This document shows positions 1-8,391 of a stretch of DNA of 42,143 bases, piece by piece. Position numbers and translations under genes: made by a program. Under the pieces are notes generated by a model. It saw only the letters and a list, made by a program, of their open reading frames with translations. It made no database searches and was not told the origin of the DNA. This stretch comes from an uncultured Methanosarcinales archaeon (GTDB taxonomy: Archaea > Nanobdellota > Nanobdellia > Woesearchaeales > JABIAG01). Numbering within the stretch: the first letter of the stretch is position 1; each line of letters begins with the position of its first letter. The stretch lies in contig CAYRWJ010000003.1 in NCBI GenBank assembly GCA_964427985.1, forward strand, positions 753-42,895, written 5' to 3'.

Positions 1-129
1 TTCGCATTGGCGAAAGAATGCTTGTAGAAGTTAAATGGGTTCGTCATTAGTTGTTTTTGTGTTATTAATCTTTCATAATTGCTTTCTAAACTAGAAATAT
101 ATATAAATGCCTTTTGATGATTTCTTTTT

Positions 130-1218
130 ATGAATCAAGAAGATATTATTACGTTTATTAGAAATAAGGGCCCTATTGTGCCTATGGACCTGGCAAATAA
201 TATGAAAGTTGAGTCATATATTGCTTCTGCTCACTTATCTGATCTTTTATCAAAAAAGCTCATTAAAATTAGTAATTTAAAGATGGGTTCTTCTCCATTG
301 TATTTTCTTCCTGAGCAAAAAAAAATGTTAGAAGGATTTTCAGATTATTTGCACCAAAAGGACAAAATTGCATTTAATGAGTTAAAGGAAAGACTGGTTA
401 TCCGAGATTCTAAAATTCTTCCTTTGTTAAGAGTTTCATTGAGAAATATTAAAGATTTTGCAGTTCCATTAGAAGTGACTTACAAAAACAAAAAAGAAAT
501 TTTTTGGAAATTTTATTCTTTATCTAATGATGAAGCTAGTGATAATATTCGTAAATTATTATTACCTAAAAATGAAGTTAAGCCTGTTGAAGTTGAGAAA
601 GAGGTTAAACATATTGTTAATAAAGAAGTTGAAAAAGAGGAAGTAAAAGAGGAAGTAAAAGAGGAAGTAAAAGAAGAAAAGAAACCGGAAGTAATTAAAG
701 AAGAAGTAAAAGAGGAAGTTAAAGAGTTAAAAGAAATAAAGGAAAAACCAAAACCAATTAAACAAGAGGTTAAACCTATTGTTAATAAAGAAGTTAAAAA
801 AGAGGTTAAACCAAAAGTTATTGATGTTGAAAAAACAGAAAAAAAGGTTATAGTAAAAAAACACAAAAAAGATATTCAAAAACATTTTGAGAAAAAGATT
901 GATTCCTCTGATAAATTTCTTAAACAAGTGAATGATTATTTTGTTGGTATTAACTCCAAGATTATTACTTATGAAATCATTAAAAAAGATTCTGAAATTG
1001 ATTTAGAGGTTGAAATTTCTAGCAGTATTGGAACTTTAATTTATTTTTGTAAAGCTAAGAATAAAAAACGTTTAAATGATTCTGATCTTCATGCTACTTA
1101 TGTTGGTGGTGAATTAAAAAAATTACCTTCAATTTTATTAACATCAGGTAATTTAACAAAAACTTCACAAGAAAAGTTATCTAAAGACTTTCGTAATATT
1201 ATTTTTCTTCAACTTTAA
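130..1218 (+). CDS. Hypothetical protein: N-terminal winged-helix-like region, long E/K/V-rich repeat linker, C-terminal Mrr/PD-(D/E)xK-like domain (function uncertain)
   Basis: 362-aa ATG ORF. TATA-like ATATATATAAAT at 97-108 lies about 27 nt upstream. N-terminus looks like tandem wHTH. The middle is EEVK-type low complexity. The C-terminus has EIDLEVEI...YFCKAKNKK followed by LLTSGNLT, resembling an Mrr-type nuclease core (by eye only). Confidence 0.55.
   Translation: MNQEDIITFIRNKGPIVPMDLANNMKVESYIASAHLSDLLSKKLIKISNLKMGSSPLYFLPEQKKMLEGFSDYLHQKDKIAFNELKERLVIRDSKILPLLRVSLRNIKDFAVPLEVTYKNKKEIFWKFYSLSNDEASDNIRKLLLPKNEVKPVEVEKEVKHIVNKEVEKEEVKEEVKEEVKEEKKPEVIKEEVKEEVKELKEIKEKPKPIKQEVKPIVNKEVKKEVKPKVIDVEKTEKKVIVKKHKKDIQKHFEKKIDSSDKFLKQVNDYFVGINSKIITYEIIKKDSEIDLEVEISSSIGTLIYFCKAKNKKRLNDSDLHATYVGGELKKLPSILLTSGNLTKTSQEKLSKDFRNIIFLQL
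637..672 (+). repeat. Three perfect tandem copies of the 12-nt unit GAGGAAGTAAAA (encodes EEVK x3) inside the 130-1218 CDS
   Basis: Read directly from the sequence; flanked by degenerate copies. Confidence 0.9.
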
Positions 1219-1223
1219 ATAAA

Positions 1224-1703
1224 TCATTTTTTCTTTTTTCTTAATATTATAAAAAAGAAAACTATGAGCAAGATTATTAATCCCAAAATTATTGTTTTTG
1301 TGTTTTTGGTTTTATTTAAGTCAAAACTCATTTGCTCGTTTTCTTTTGTTATTACTATTTCTTTTTCGTTTTCAAATGAGGGTATTATTAATGAAAAATT
1401 GAATTTGTTTTTTATCTCACTCCTTCCTAAATTGTATGTTCCATCAAAACCATCTAAATATTCTTTTGTAGGTGGTAAAAAGGTAAAAGAATACAATACT
1501 GTGTTTTCTTGTGATATTATTTTTAATAAATATCCTTCTTCAGGTTGTATGTTTCTATCAGGGTAATATCCAATTGTGTTAAATTTTTCTAATATGTTTA
1601 TGTTTTCATTATTATATTCAAGATTAATTACGTTTATTGATGTTGGTTCTGCATAAACTAAAGGAATTAGTAATAATAATAAAATCAAACTTATTTTTTT
1701 CAT
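1224..1703 (-). CDS. Small secreted / type I membrane-anchored protein (signal peptide plus C-terminal TM and KKKK tail)
   Basis: 159 aa. N-terminal MKKISLILLLLLIPLVYA signal-like segment. C-terminal IILGLIILLIVFFFIILRKKKK. ATGA overlap with the upstream protease gene. Confidence 0.65.
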   Translation of the reverse strand: MKKISLILLLLLIPLVYAEPTSINVINLEYNNENINILEKFNTIGYYPDRNIQPEEGYLLKIISQENTVLYSFTFLPPTKEYLDGFDGTYNLGRSEIKNKFNFSLIIPSFENEKEIVITKENEQMSFDLNKTKNTKTIILGLIILLIVFFFIILRKKKK

Positions 1704-2857
1704 TTGTACAGCCCCAATTTATTTTCTATTTCTTCTTTATTTATTGGTCCATAAACATCTCCACCTTTTTTGAAGTAAAGATTCATTATTGAATTTTTTG
1801 TTGCTCTATATAGTGTGCTTAATGTGCATCCTTTGTAACATGATGTTCCATTTACATCTTTCCAAGAATCACAATTAACTTTGTCACAATTGGGTATTTC
1901 ATCAGCTTTTATGTTAAACTGTCCATAATATGCATCATCCACGTATTCATCACCTAAATCACCAAATGCATGTCCAAATTCGTGTGCTAATACTAATGTG
2001 TTGTCTGCAGTATTAATTTTTACTAAATTTCCAATAGCTGAACTCCTTATTGGTGCTGCTAAATTTAATATTTTATTTCTTTCTGTAAGAACTATTATAA
2101 AATCTGTTGGACATTTTGATGCTTGTTTTTTTATTTCAAAATTATTGCATTTTATATAATATGTTAATTCACAATGTTTTGTTGGTTCATTTATTTGATA
2201 AAAATTGAATTTGTTTTTGTTGTTTGAATAAGGTTCAAGTGTTTCAAATACGTTTTTTATGTAAATTAATGCATCATCTGTTAATTTTTTGTTAGTATCA
2301 TATCCATAACCAATAAAGGTTATATCAATTTTTTCTTTATCATCTCCATTATAAATCAAAGAGGTACATTCACTTTTTTTTATCTCTTCAGGATTTGCCG
2401 CAAGTATTTTTGTTTTTTCTCCTAAACTTTCTAATCTTAAGTTGATTTTTGAATTTATGTTTTTGATACAAAGAGGATTTGTTTCTATTTCAAAATTTTC
2501 TATTTTTGCTGAATGAAATTCTTTTGGTTTAAAAAAAATGTTTTTATCTGTTTCTAAATTGGTTTGTATGTCTATTTCTGGATTTGAAAATTTTTGTATT
2601 GTTCCGTTTCTATCAATAAAACAAACCATTTCTATTTGTTCGGGTATGGTGAAAGAAAATGTTTCTGTGCTTCCTTTATTTCTAGTGGAGTATTCATTTA
2701 CTTTTTTTTCTATATTTTTTAGAAAATTTGTGTGTTCTAATCCTATTACTGTTGTATTTACTTCTGATGTTTTTTGATAAAAGAATACTGCAATTAATCC
2801 AATTAATATTATGCTGATGATAATTATAAATGGTAATGCATTGATTTGTCCTTTCAT
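1700..2857 (-). CDS. Membrane-anchored extracellular zinc metallopeptidase (HExxH, M64-like)
   Basis: 385 aa. Motif LAHEFGHAFGDLGDEY (HExxH followed by GDEY, as I recall for the M64 family). N-terminus MKGQINALPFIIIISIILIGLIAVFF resembles a class III (pilin-type) signal or signal anchor. Confidence 0.7.
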   Translation of the reverse strand: MKGQINALPFIIIISIILIGLIAVFFYQKTSEVNTTVIGLEHTNFLKNIEKKVNEYSTRNKGSTETFSFTIPEQIEMVCFIDRNGTIQKFSNPEIDIQTNLETDKNIFFKPKEFHSAKIENFEIETNPLCIKNINSKINLRLESLGEKTKILAANPEEIKKSECTSLIYNGDDKEKIDITFIGYGYDTNKKLTDDALIYIKNVFETLEPYSNNKNKFNFYQINEPTKHCELTYYIKCNNFEIKKQASKCPTDFIIVLTERNKILNLAAPIRSSAIGNLVKINTADNTLVLAHEFGHAFGDLGDEYVDDAYYGQFNIKADEIPNCDKVNCDSWKDVNGTSCYKGCTLSTLYRATKNSIMNLYFKKGGDVYGPINKEEIENKLGLYK

Positions 2858-2872
2858 TTGTTAGTTGTGTGA

Positions 2873-3427
2873 ATGGATATATTTAAATACTTGTTTATAT
2901 CAGTATTTATTATGTTTGAAATGTTTAGTTCGGCTTTATACTCTTCAGAAGTTTTTGTAATTATGCTCATTTTTTATGTACTTTCTTTAGTTTTTACTTA
3001 TGTTTTTATAGGTTTAACTTTACAAAAGGTGGCTAAAAAGTTAAATTATTCTAAATTTTGGTTGGCCTGGATTCCTATTGCTAATCTTTTGATGCTTCCC
3101 GCTCTTGCTAAAATGCATTGGTGGCCTTTTTTAGTATTTATTGGAGGATTTATTTCATATTTAATTATTATGCTAATTTCTTTTTTTATAGATAAGCTTA
3201 AAATAATAAACCCCACTAATCCTGCATTTTTTTTAATTTTGGTGTTTTTTTTAATGATTTTTTTAATTTCTGCAATTATTTTCACTATTTTTTCTGTTGT
3301 TTGGCAGTGGAAAATTTGTGAAAGAATGAACAAACCCGGTTGGTGGGCTGTTCTTTTGTTAATTCCTTTTTTTGGAATAATTTGGATGTATGTTATGTGG
3401 GGTTTGCTTGCTTGGAGTAAAGCTTAA
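2873..3427 (+). CDS. Polytopic membrane protein of unknown function
   Basis: 184 aa, almost entirely hydrophobic helices. The W-x-x-IP motif occurs twice (FWLAWIPIANLL and GWWAVLLLIPFFG). Start is only 15 nt from the divergent protease start. Confidence 0.6.
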   Translation: MDIFKYLFISVFIMFEMFSSALYSSEVFVIMLIFYVLSLVFTYVFIGLTLQKVAKKLNYSKFWLAWIPIANLLMLPALAKMHWWPFLVFIGGFISYLIIMLISFFIDKLKIINPTNPAFFLILVFFLMIFLISAIIFTIFSVVWQWKICERMNKPGWWAVLLLIPFFGIIWMYVMWGLLAWSKA

Positions 3428-3457
3428 TTTTATATACTTCCTATTCTTTTTACACAC

Positions 3458-4489
3458 ATGGGTGTTTCACTTAAAGATTTGATAACTAAAGAAGAAATAG
3501 AACTTAAAGATTTGAAAGATAAAGTTCTTGTTTTTGATACTTTTAATATGTTATATCAATTTTTAACAACCATCAGGAGTGTTGATGGGTCTCTTTTAAC
3601 AGATTCTAAGGGCCATGTAACTTCTCATTTGATTGGATTATTTAGCAGGTTGGTTCGTTTTTTAGAAGTGGGTATCAAACCAGTTTTTGTTTTTGATGGG
3701 GAAGCACCAGATTTAAAAAAGAAAGAGAGAGAACGTAGAAAAAAGCTTAAATTAGAAGCTGAAGCTAAGTATAAAATTGCTGTTAATGAAAAAGACATAA
3801 ATTCTATGAAAAAGTTTGCCTCTCGTTTTTCTAAATTAACTGAAGAGATGGTTAATGATTCTAAAGAGCTTATACGTGCCTTTGGTATTCCTATTGTTCA
3901 AGCTGTTAGTGAGGGAGAGGCTCAAGCAGCTTATATGGTTAGTAAGGGTGAAGCGTATGCTTGTGTGAGTCAGGATTATGATAGTTTGTTGTTTGGTTGT
4001 AATCTTCTTATTCATAATTTATCTCTTGCAGGTAGAAGAAAAAAGATTCATGGGTTGGGGTATAAAACTGTTAAACCTGAAATCATAAGTGCTGCCAAAA
4101 TTTTCAATGAGTTGGGCATAGATCGTGATAAATTAATTATTTTAAGTATGTGTATTGGTACGGATTTTAATGTGGGGGGTATTAAAGGTGTTGGTCCAAA
4201 AGGGGCATTAAAAAAAGTTAAAGAAACTGATAATTGGGATGAATTTTTTAAGGAGTTAAAATGGGATGATTTTTTTTCATATCCTTGGGAAGAAGTTTTT
4301 AATTTGTTTAAAAAACTTCCACATACTGATGATTATAAATTAGAATGGGCACCTTTAGATAAAGCAAAAATTCAAAAAATTCTTGTTGATGAACATGATT
4401 TTTCTGTTGAACGAGTTGAGTCTTCTTTAGAAAAGTTAAAAAAGAGCGAAGATAAGAAAAAACAAAAAAGTTTAGGAGATTTCCTGTAA
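3458..4489 (+). CDS. fen: Flap endonuclease 1
   Basis: 343 aa. N-terminal MGV...L, VFVFDGEAP, SEGEAQAAY, QDYDSLLFG, GTDFN..GIKGVGPKGA (H3TH). C-terminal PIP box QKSLGDFL. TATA TTTATATA at 3428-3435. Confidence 0.95.
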   Translation: MGVSLKDLITKEEIELKDLKDKVLVFDTFNMLYQFLTTIRSVDGSLLTDSKGHVTSHLIGLFSRLVRFLEVGIKPVFVFDGEAPDLKKKERERRKKLKLEAEAKYKIAVNEKDINSMKKFASRFSKLTEEMVNDSKELIRAFGIPIVQAVSEGEAQAAYMVSKGEAYACVSQDYDSLLFGCNLLIHNLSLAGRRKKIHGLGYKTVKPEIISAAKIFNELGIDRDKLIILSMCIGTDFNVGGIKGVGPKGALKKVKETDNWDEFFKELKWDDFFSYPWEEVFNLFKKLPHTDDYKLEWAPLDKAKIQKILVDEHDFSVERVESSLEKLKKSEDKKKQKSLGDFL

Positions 4490-4490
4490 A

Positions 4491-5372
4491 ATGTATGAGT
4501 TTTTAATTACACTTCCTTGGTGGGTGTATGTTTTAGTTGGAGTAATTATTGGTTCTATTGCGTTTATTACTAGAAAGGATGTTTTAACTCATGAGCATGC
4601 TTTGGAATTCACATCTTTCAGGTCTTTTATTAATCTTATTTTATTAGCTATTTTGTCTTTGTTTATTAATTTAAGAATTTCTATGAAGGGTATGATTTTT
4701 GTTTTAATTATTGCAGTTATTGGTGCTTGGGCTATTTTGCATCGAAATAAGGTAGTTAAACATTCTAAGATTAGTGAAATTGCTCCTTTGGGTGGTTTGG
4801 GTAATCTTTTTGTTCTTGTTTTGGGTATGTTATTCTTAAGTGAGTTTCCTTCGTTGATAAATTTTATTGGAATTATTATTATTTTTCTTGGAGTTTATGT
4901 TTTGGAGTTTAGTCATAGGAGTTTTCTTGACCCTTTTAAGACTGTTTTTAAACATAAAGAATTAAGAATGTATTTGTTTATCATTTTGCTTTTTTCGTTT
5001 ACTACGATTCTTGAGAGACATATTTTACTTGAAGAAAACTTTCTTACTGTTTTCTTTTATACTTGGTTTTTTATTAGTTTGTTGGTTACATTTAAAGAAG
5101 TATCCACTTATGGTTTTCAAGATTTGAATGATTTTAAGAGAGATTTTAAAAAAATAACTTTTATTACGGTTATCATGTTTTTTAGAAATATTCTGATGTA
5201 TTTTGCAATGTCTTTTCCTGGAGCACATGCTGTTCTTGCTAATGCAGTAGGTAGTTCAGGTAGTGTTATTATTACTTTTTTTGGTGGAAGAATTTTTAAA
5301 GAAAAACACATTTTAAAAAAGACTATTGCAACTTTGATTATTGTCCTTGGTGCAATTTTGGTATTATTATAA
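4491..5372 (+). CDS. EamA/DMT-superfamily membrane transporter
   Basis: 293 aa with about 10 hydrophobic helices in two similar halves. Starts 1 nt after the fen stop. Confidence 0.7.
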   Translation: MYEFLITLPWWVYVLVGVIIGSIAFITRKDVLTHEHALEFTSFRSFINLILLAILSLFINLRISMKGMIFVLIIAVIGAWAILHRNKVVKHSKISEIAPLGGLGNLFVLVLGMLFLSEFPSLINFIGIIIIFLGVYVLEFSHRSFLDPFKTVFKHKELRMYLFIILLFSFTTILERHILLEENFLTVFFYTWFFISLLVTFKEVSTYGFQDLNDFKRDFKKITFITVIMFFRNILMYFAMSFPGAHAVLANAVGSSGSVIITFFGGRIFKEKHILKKTIATLIIVLGAILVLL

Positions 5373-5375
5373 AAA

Positions 5376-6212
5376 ATGAAATTAAAAGAATTATTAAAAA
5401 AAGAATTAACAAAAAAAGAGTTATCTATTTTACCTTCTTCTTTTGATTTTGTTGGAGATCTACTTATTTTTAATGATTTTCCTATTGAATTAATAAAAAA
5501 AGAAAAAAGAATTGGAAAAAAGATTTTAAATCATTTTAAAAATATTAAAGTTGTTACAAAAAAAGTAAAAAAGTATTCTGGGGTTTTTAGAACGCCTGTT
5601 TTAAAAATTATTGCTGGTGAAAGAAGAAAAACTACGGTTCATAAAGAGAATGATGTTAGATTAAGTGTTAATCCTGAAAAAGCTTATTTTTCTAGTAGAA
5701 CATCTACTGAACGGAAGCGTATTTTTCAATTAGTTAAATTAAATGAATCTGTTTTGGTAATGTTTTCAGGTATTGCGCCGTTTCCAGTTACAATTTCAAA
5801 AAATACTAAGGCAAAAGAAGTTTTTGCTATTGAAATAAATCCTCTTGCGCATGAGTTTGCAGAGGAAAATGTTAAGCTTAACAAATTAGATAATATTAAA
5901 TTGTTTAATGGTGATGTTAATGATATTTTTCCTAAAATCAAGAAAAAGTTTGATAGAATTATTATGCCTCTTCCAAAATCTGCTGAATCTTTTTTAGAAC
6001 TGGCATTAACTAAAATAAAAAAGAAGGGAGTCATTCATCTTTATTCTTTTCTTGATATTGATGATAAAAAGTTAGTAAAAGAAAAAAAACAATTAATAAA
6101 ACAAGTTTGCAAACAAAACAAAAAAGTGTGTAAATCAATTAAACTAGTTAAGTGCGGACAATTTTCTCCCCAAGAATCAAGAGTTTGTTTTGATATTAAT
6201 TTGAATTCTTGA
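5376..6212 (+). CDS. Trm5/Taw2-like (Met-10+) SAM-dependent tRNA methyltransferase
   Basis: 278 aa. FDFVGDLLIF N-domain, SAM motif I VLVMFSGIAPF, AIEINP, and IIMPLP (compare the (V/I)MNLP motif of Trm5). Confidence 0.78.
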   Translation: MKLKELLKKELTKKELSILPSSFDFVGDLLIFNDFPIELIKKEKRIGKKILNHFKNIKVVTKKVKKYSGVFRTPVLKIIAGERRKTTVHKENDVRLSVNPEKAYFSSRTSTERKRIFQLVKLNESVLVMFSGIAPFPVTISKNTKAKEVFAIEINPLAHEFAEENVKLNKLDNIKLFNGDVNDIFPKIKKKFDRIIMPLPKSAESFLELALTKIKKKGVIHLYSFLDIDDKKLVKEKKQLIKQVCKQNKKVCKSIKLVKCGQFSPQESRVCFDINLNS

Positions 6213-6279
6213 ACCAATTATATGTTTTTTAAACCAAAAGTTTAAATAACAGCGTAAATCTTTTTTAATTGGTGATAAT

Positions 6280-6513
6280 ATGGCTAAAACTAAAATTAAA
6301 ATCGAAGGTAAGTGGATGCAATCGCACAAATTTATGTCTGGAAAGAAAACTTTTTCGTTGATTACTACTAAACGGACGGATAGTGAAGGTGTTGAGGTGA
6401 ATAAGCTTACTGAAATAAAAATTAAAGATAAATATCTTATGGCTTGGTTAATTAACAGTTTAGGTGATGGTGAAAGCGGTACATTTGAAATTGAGTTAGT
6501 TGATCATAATTAG
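6280..6513 (+). CDS. Hypothetical small protein
   Basis: 77-aa ATG ORF preceded by SD-like GGTGA at 6271-6275. No recognisable motif. Confidence 0.5.
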   Translation: MAKTKIKIEGKWMQSHKFMSGKKTFSLITTKRTDSEGVEVNKLTEIKIKDKYLMAWLINSLGDGESGTFEIELVDHN

Positions 6514-6581
6514 TAATTAAATTATATTTTAGTAAGACTGAGCTAAAAATAATTTCTTTTTTCTTTATTTTAGCATAAACC

Positions 6582-6589
6582 TTTATAAA
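6582..6589 (+). promoter_or_regulatory. TATA box (TTTATAAA) positioned to start transcription at about 6612
   Basis: TATA centre to G6612 is about 26.5 nt, the same spacing seen between TATA boxes and ATGs of first genes elsewhere in the window. Confidence 0.45.
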
Positions 6590-6611
6590 CTACTTTTATC
6601 TCTTATTAATT

Positions 6612-6674
6612 GTGCGATGATCTGGTGAACACCAATTGACGAAAGGATGATATAAAAGAGTAACTGATGAGCAC
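6612..6674 (+). ncRNA. Candidate C/D-box (K-turn) sRNA, about 63 nt, with non-canonical boxes
   Basis: 5' GUGC pairs with 3' GCAC. C-like AUGAUCU (6617-6623), D'-like UUGA (6636-6639), C'-like AUGAUAU (6647-6653), D CUGA (6664-6667) or AUGA (6667-6670). Spacers are 12 nt and 10-13 nt. Own TATA upstream and a T-tract downstream. Lies in a 212-nt non-coding gap. Confidence 0.5.
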
Positions 6675-6686
6675 TTTTCTTTTTTT
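6675..6686 (+). terminator. Oligo-T tract (TTTTCTTTTTTT) directly after the sRNA candidate
   Basis: Archaeal intrinsic termination uses T-runs. Position is immediately 3' of the closing GCAC. Confidence 0.4.
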
Positions 6687-6725
6687 CCAGAAATCTTTTT
6701 AAATTAGTATTTATTACTTTTATTT

Positions 6726-7160
6726 ATGACAAAAAAGTTTGGTAATTTAAGCGTAACTGAAGAAGGTGGCGTTGATCACCTTGTTATTGGTGGCGGATTT
6801 CCTTTTTATCTTGTTCGTGGCAGGGTAATTCGTCCTTTAAGAGGAAGAGATAATTTTATTGAGTTTGGTATTGATAATCCTAATACTATTGAACGTAGAC
6901 CTAAGTTTGAAGGTTATCTTCCTATTCTTCCCGGAGATATTGCCATTGTTGTTTTTAAACAATTTTATAGGAATGATAAAACAAATGATCGTGTTTGTAC
7001 TAAACCTGGAGAAATTATAGCTCCTTATGCTGCCGCTGTTGCATTTCAAAGAGGATTTCATAATTTTATTGGAACTTTTGTTGATACAAAAACTGCAGAT
7101 TTACCTTCTAAATTTGATGTTGAAGAGTTAGAAAGAGAACTTAATGCTTATTTTCAATAA
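6726..7160 (+). CDS. Hypothetical protein
   Basis: 144-aa ATG ORF with non-repetitive composition. Its stop abuts the PAN stop codon (TAATTA, 0-nt gap). Confidence 0.6.
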   Translation: MTKKFGNLSVTEEGGVDHLVIGGGFPFYLVRGRVIRPLRGRDNFIEFGIDNPNTIERRPKFEGYLPILPGDIAIVVFKQFYRNDKTNDRVCTKPGEIIAPYAAAVAFQRGFHNFIGTFVDTKTADLPSKFDVEELERELNAYFQ

Positions 7161-8285
7161 TTAACCAAACATTTTACTATCTAATTCTTCTTCGTCAATA
7201 CTTACTTTCGCTATTGCTTTCATGAAGTCTTCTTCTTCCACACTTCCTCTTTTGTCTCTTATTGCAAAATATCCTGATTCTGTGCATACTGATTTTATTT
7301 GTGCTCCGCTCATTCCTTCCATTAGATTGCTTAGTTTGTCAACACTTATTTTTTTTGTATTCATGTTTTTGCAATGCACTTTAAATATTTCTTTTACTCC
7401 TTGTTTATTTGGTAGAGGCACTTCAATTAATCTGTCTAACCTGCCAGGTCTTATGATTGCTGAATCGAGAATGTCTTTTCGATTTGTACATCCAATTATT
7501 TTTACGTCTCCCAAATTATCAAATCCATCTATTTCTGCTAATAATTGCATGAAGGTTCTTTGTACTTCTCTTTCTCCACTAGTACCTACCTCTATTCTTT
7601 GTGATGCTATTGCATCTAATTCATCTATGAATACTATTGATGGTGCTTTTTCTCTTGCCATTTGAAATAAATCTTTCACTAGTTTTGCTCCTTCTCCAAT
7701 AAACTTTTGTACTAATTCTGAGCCAACGATTTCGATGAATGTTGAATTGGTAGATGCTGCAACGGCTTTTGCTAATAATGTTTTTCCAGTTCCTGGCTCG
7801 CCATGTAACAATACTCCTTTTGGTGGTTGTATTCCTATTTTTTTGAATAGTTTTGGTTTTTTTAGTGGGAGTTCAATTACTTCTTTTATTTCTCTTATTT
7901 GGTCTTTTAACCCACCTATATCATTCCAACTTAAATCGGGTTTTTCTATTATTACAAATTTTTCTACATCAAATTGGGTATTACCGCCATGTTTTTTTAC
8001 AATATTCAAATTTCTTTGTTCTACAAATACGTGATCGCCAGGCACTAATCTTTCTGCTTCACAATTATATTTTACTAAGAAGGCATTCCCGTTTGGTACT
8101 TTTATTATTGCTTCTTTTTCAAAAACATCTTTTACTTCACAAACCATTAAAGGAGTTGTTTTTAATCCATCTAATTCTGTTTTTAATTGATTTACGGTAC
8201 TTTTTAATATTTGATTTTCACTTTCTAATTGATTTATATTTATCACATAAGAATACATTTCTTTTTCATAATCCACACTACTCAT
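7161..8285 (-). CDS. pan: Proteasome-activating nucleotidase (AAA+ ATPase)
   Basis: 374 aa. N-terminal coiled coil and OB segment, Walker A GEPGTGKTLLAKA, Walker B IVFIDELD, GRLDRLIEVPLP. TATA at about 8308-8315. Confidence 0.93.
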   Translation of the reverse strand: MSSVDYEKEMYSYVININQLESENQILKSTVNQLKTELDGLKTTPLMVCEVKDVFEKEAIIKVPNGNAFLVKYNCEAERLVPGDHVFVEQRNLNIVKKHGGNTQFDVEKFVIIEKPDLSWNDIGGLKDQIREIKEVIELPLKKPKLFKKIGIQPPKGVLLHGEPGTGKTLLAKAVAASTNSTFIEIVGSELVQKFIGEGAKLVKDLFQMAREKAPSIVFIDELDAIASQRIEVGTSGEREVQRTFMQLLAEIDGFDNLGDVKIIGCTNRKDILDSAIIRPGRLDRLIEVPLPNKQGVKEIFKVHCKNMNTKKISVDKLSNLMEGMSGAQIKSVCTESGYFAIRDKRGSVEEEDFMKAIAKVSIDEEELDSKMFG

Positions 8286-8391
8286 GTTTTTTCGTTAAAC
8301 GCTTGCTCTTTAAATAGATTTTGGATATACTTGCCTGTGGTAACAACCCTAAAAAATAAAACTTTAAAAACAATCAGTTATTTCTTAGATT

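Noticed and set aside
1-50. Partial gene at the left edge. It is either the 3' end of a plus-strand ORF (...RIGERMLVEVKWVRH-stop at 48-50) or the 5' start of a minus-strand ORF (ATG at 47, MTNPFNFYKHSFANA...).
   Set aside because: Only about 15 codons are visible in either reading, so strand and identity cannot be decided.
513-927. Two minus-strand ORFs (117 and 66 aa) inside the 130-1218 gene
   Set aside because: They are antisense shadows of the EEVK repeat. Complementing GAA/AAA-rich codons gives stop-free F/S/L/T-rich frames. They have low-complexity products and no independent start signals.
6640-6670. Hammerhead-ribozyme-like core elements (CGAAA and CUGAUGA) in the sRNA candidate
   Set aside because: The order and pairing do not support a hammerhead. 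After the G-C closing pair, stem II cannot form between the bases following CUGAUGA and those preceding GAAA, and I could find no stem III or cleavage-site context. The C/D-box interpretation fits the geometry better.
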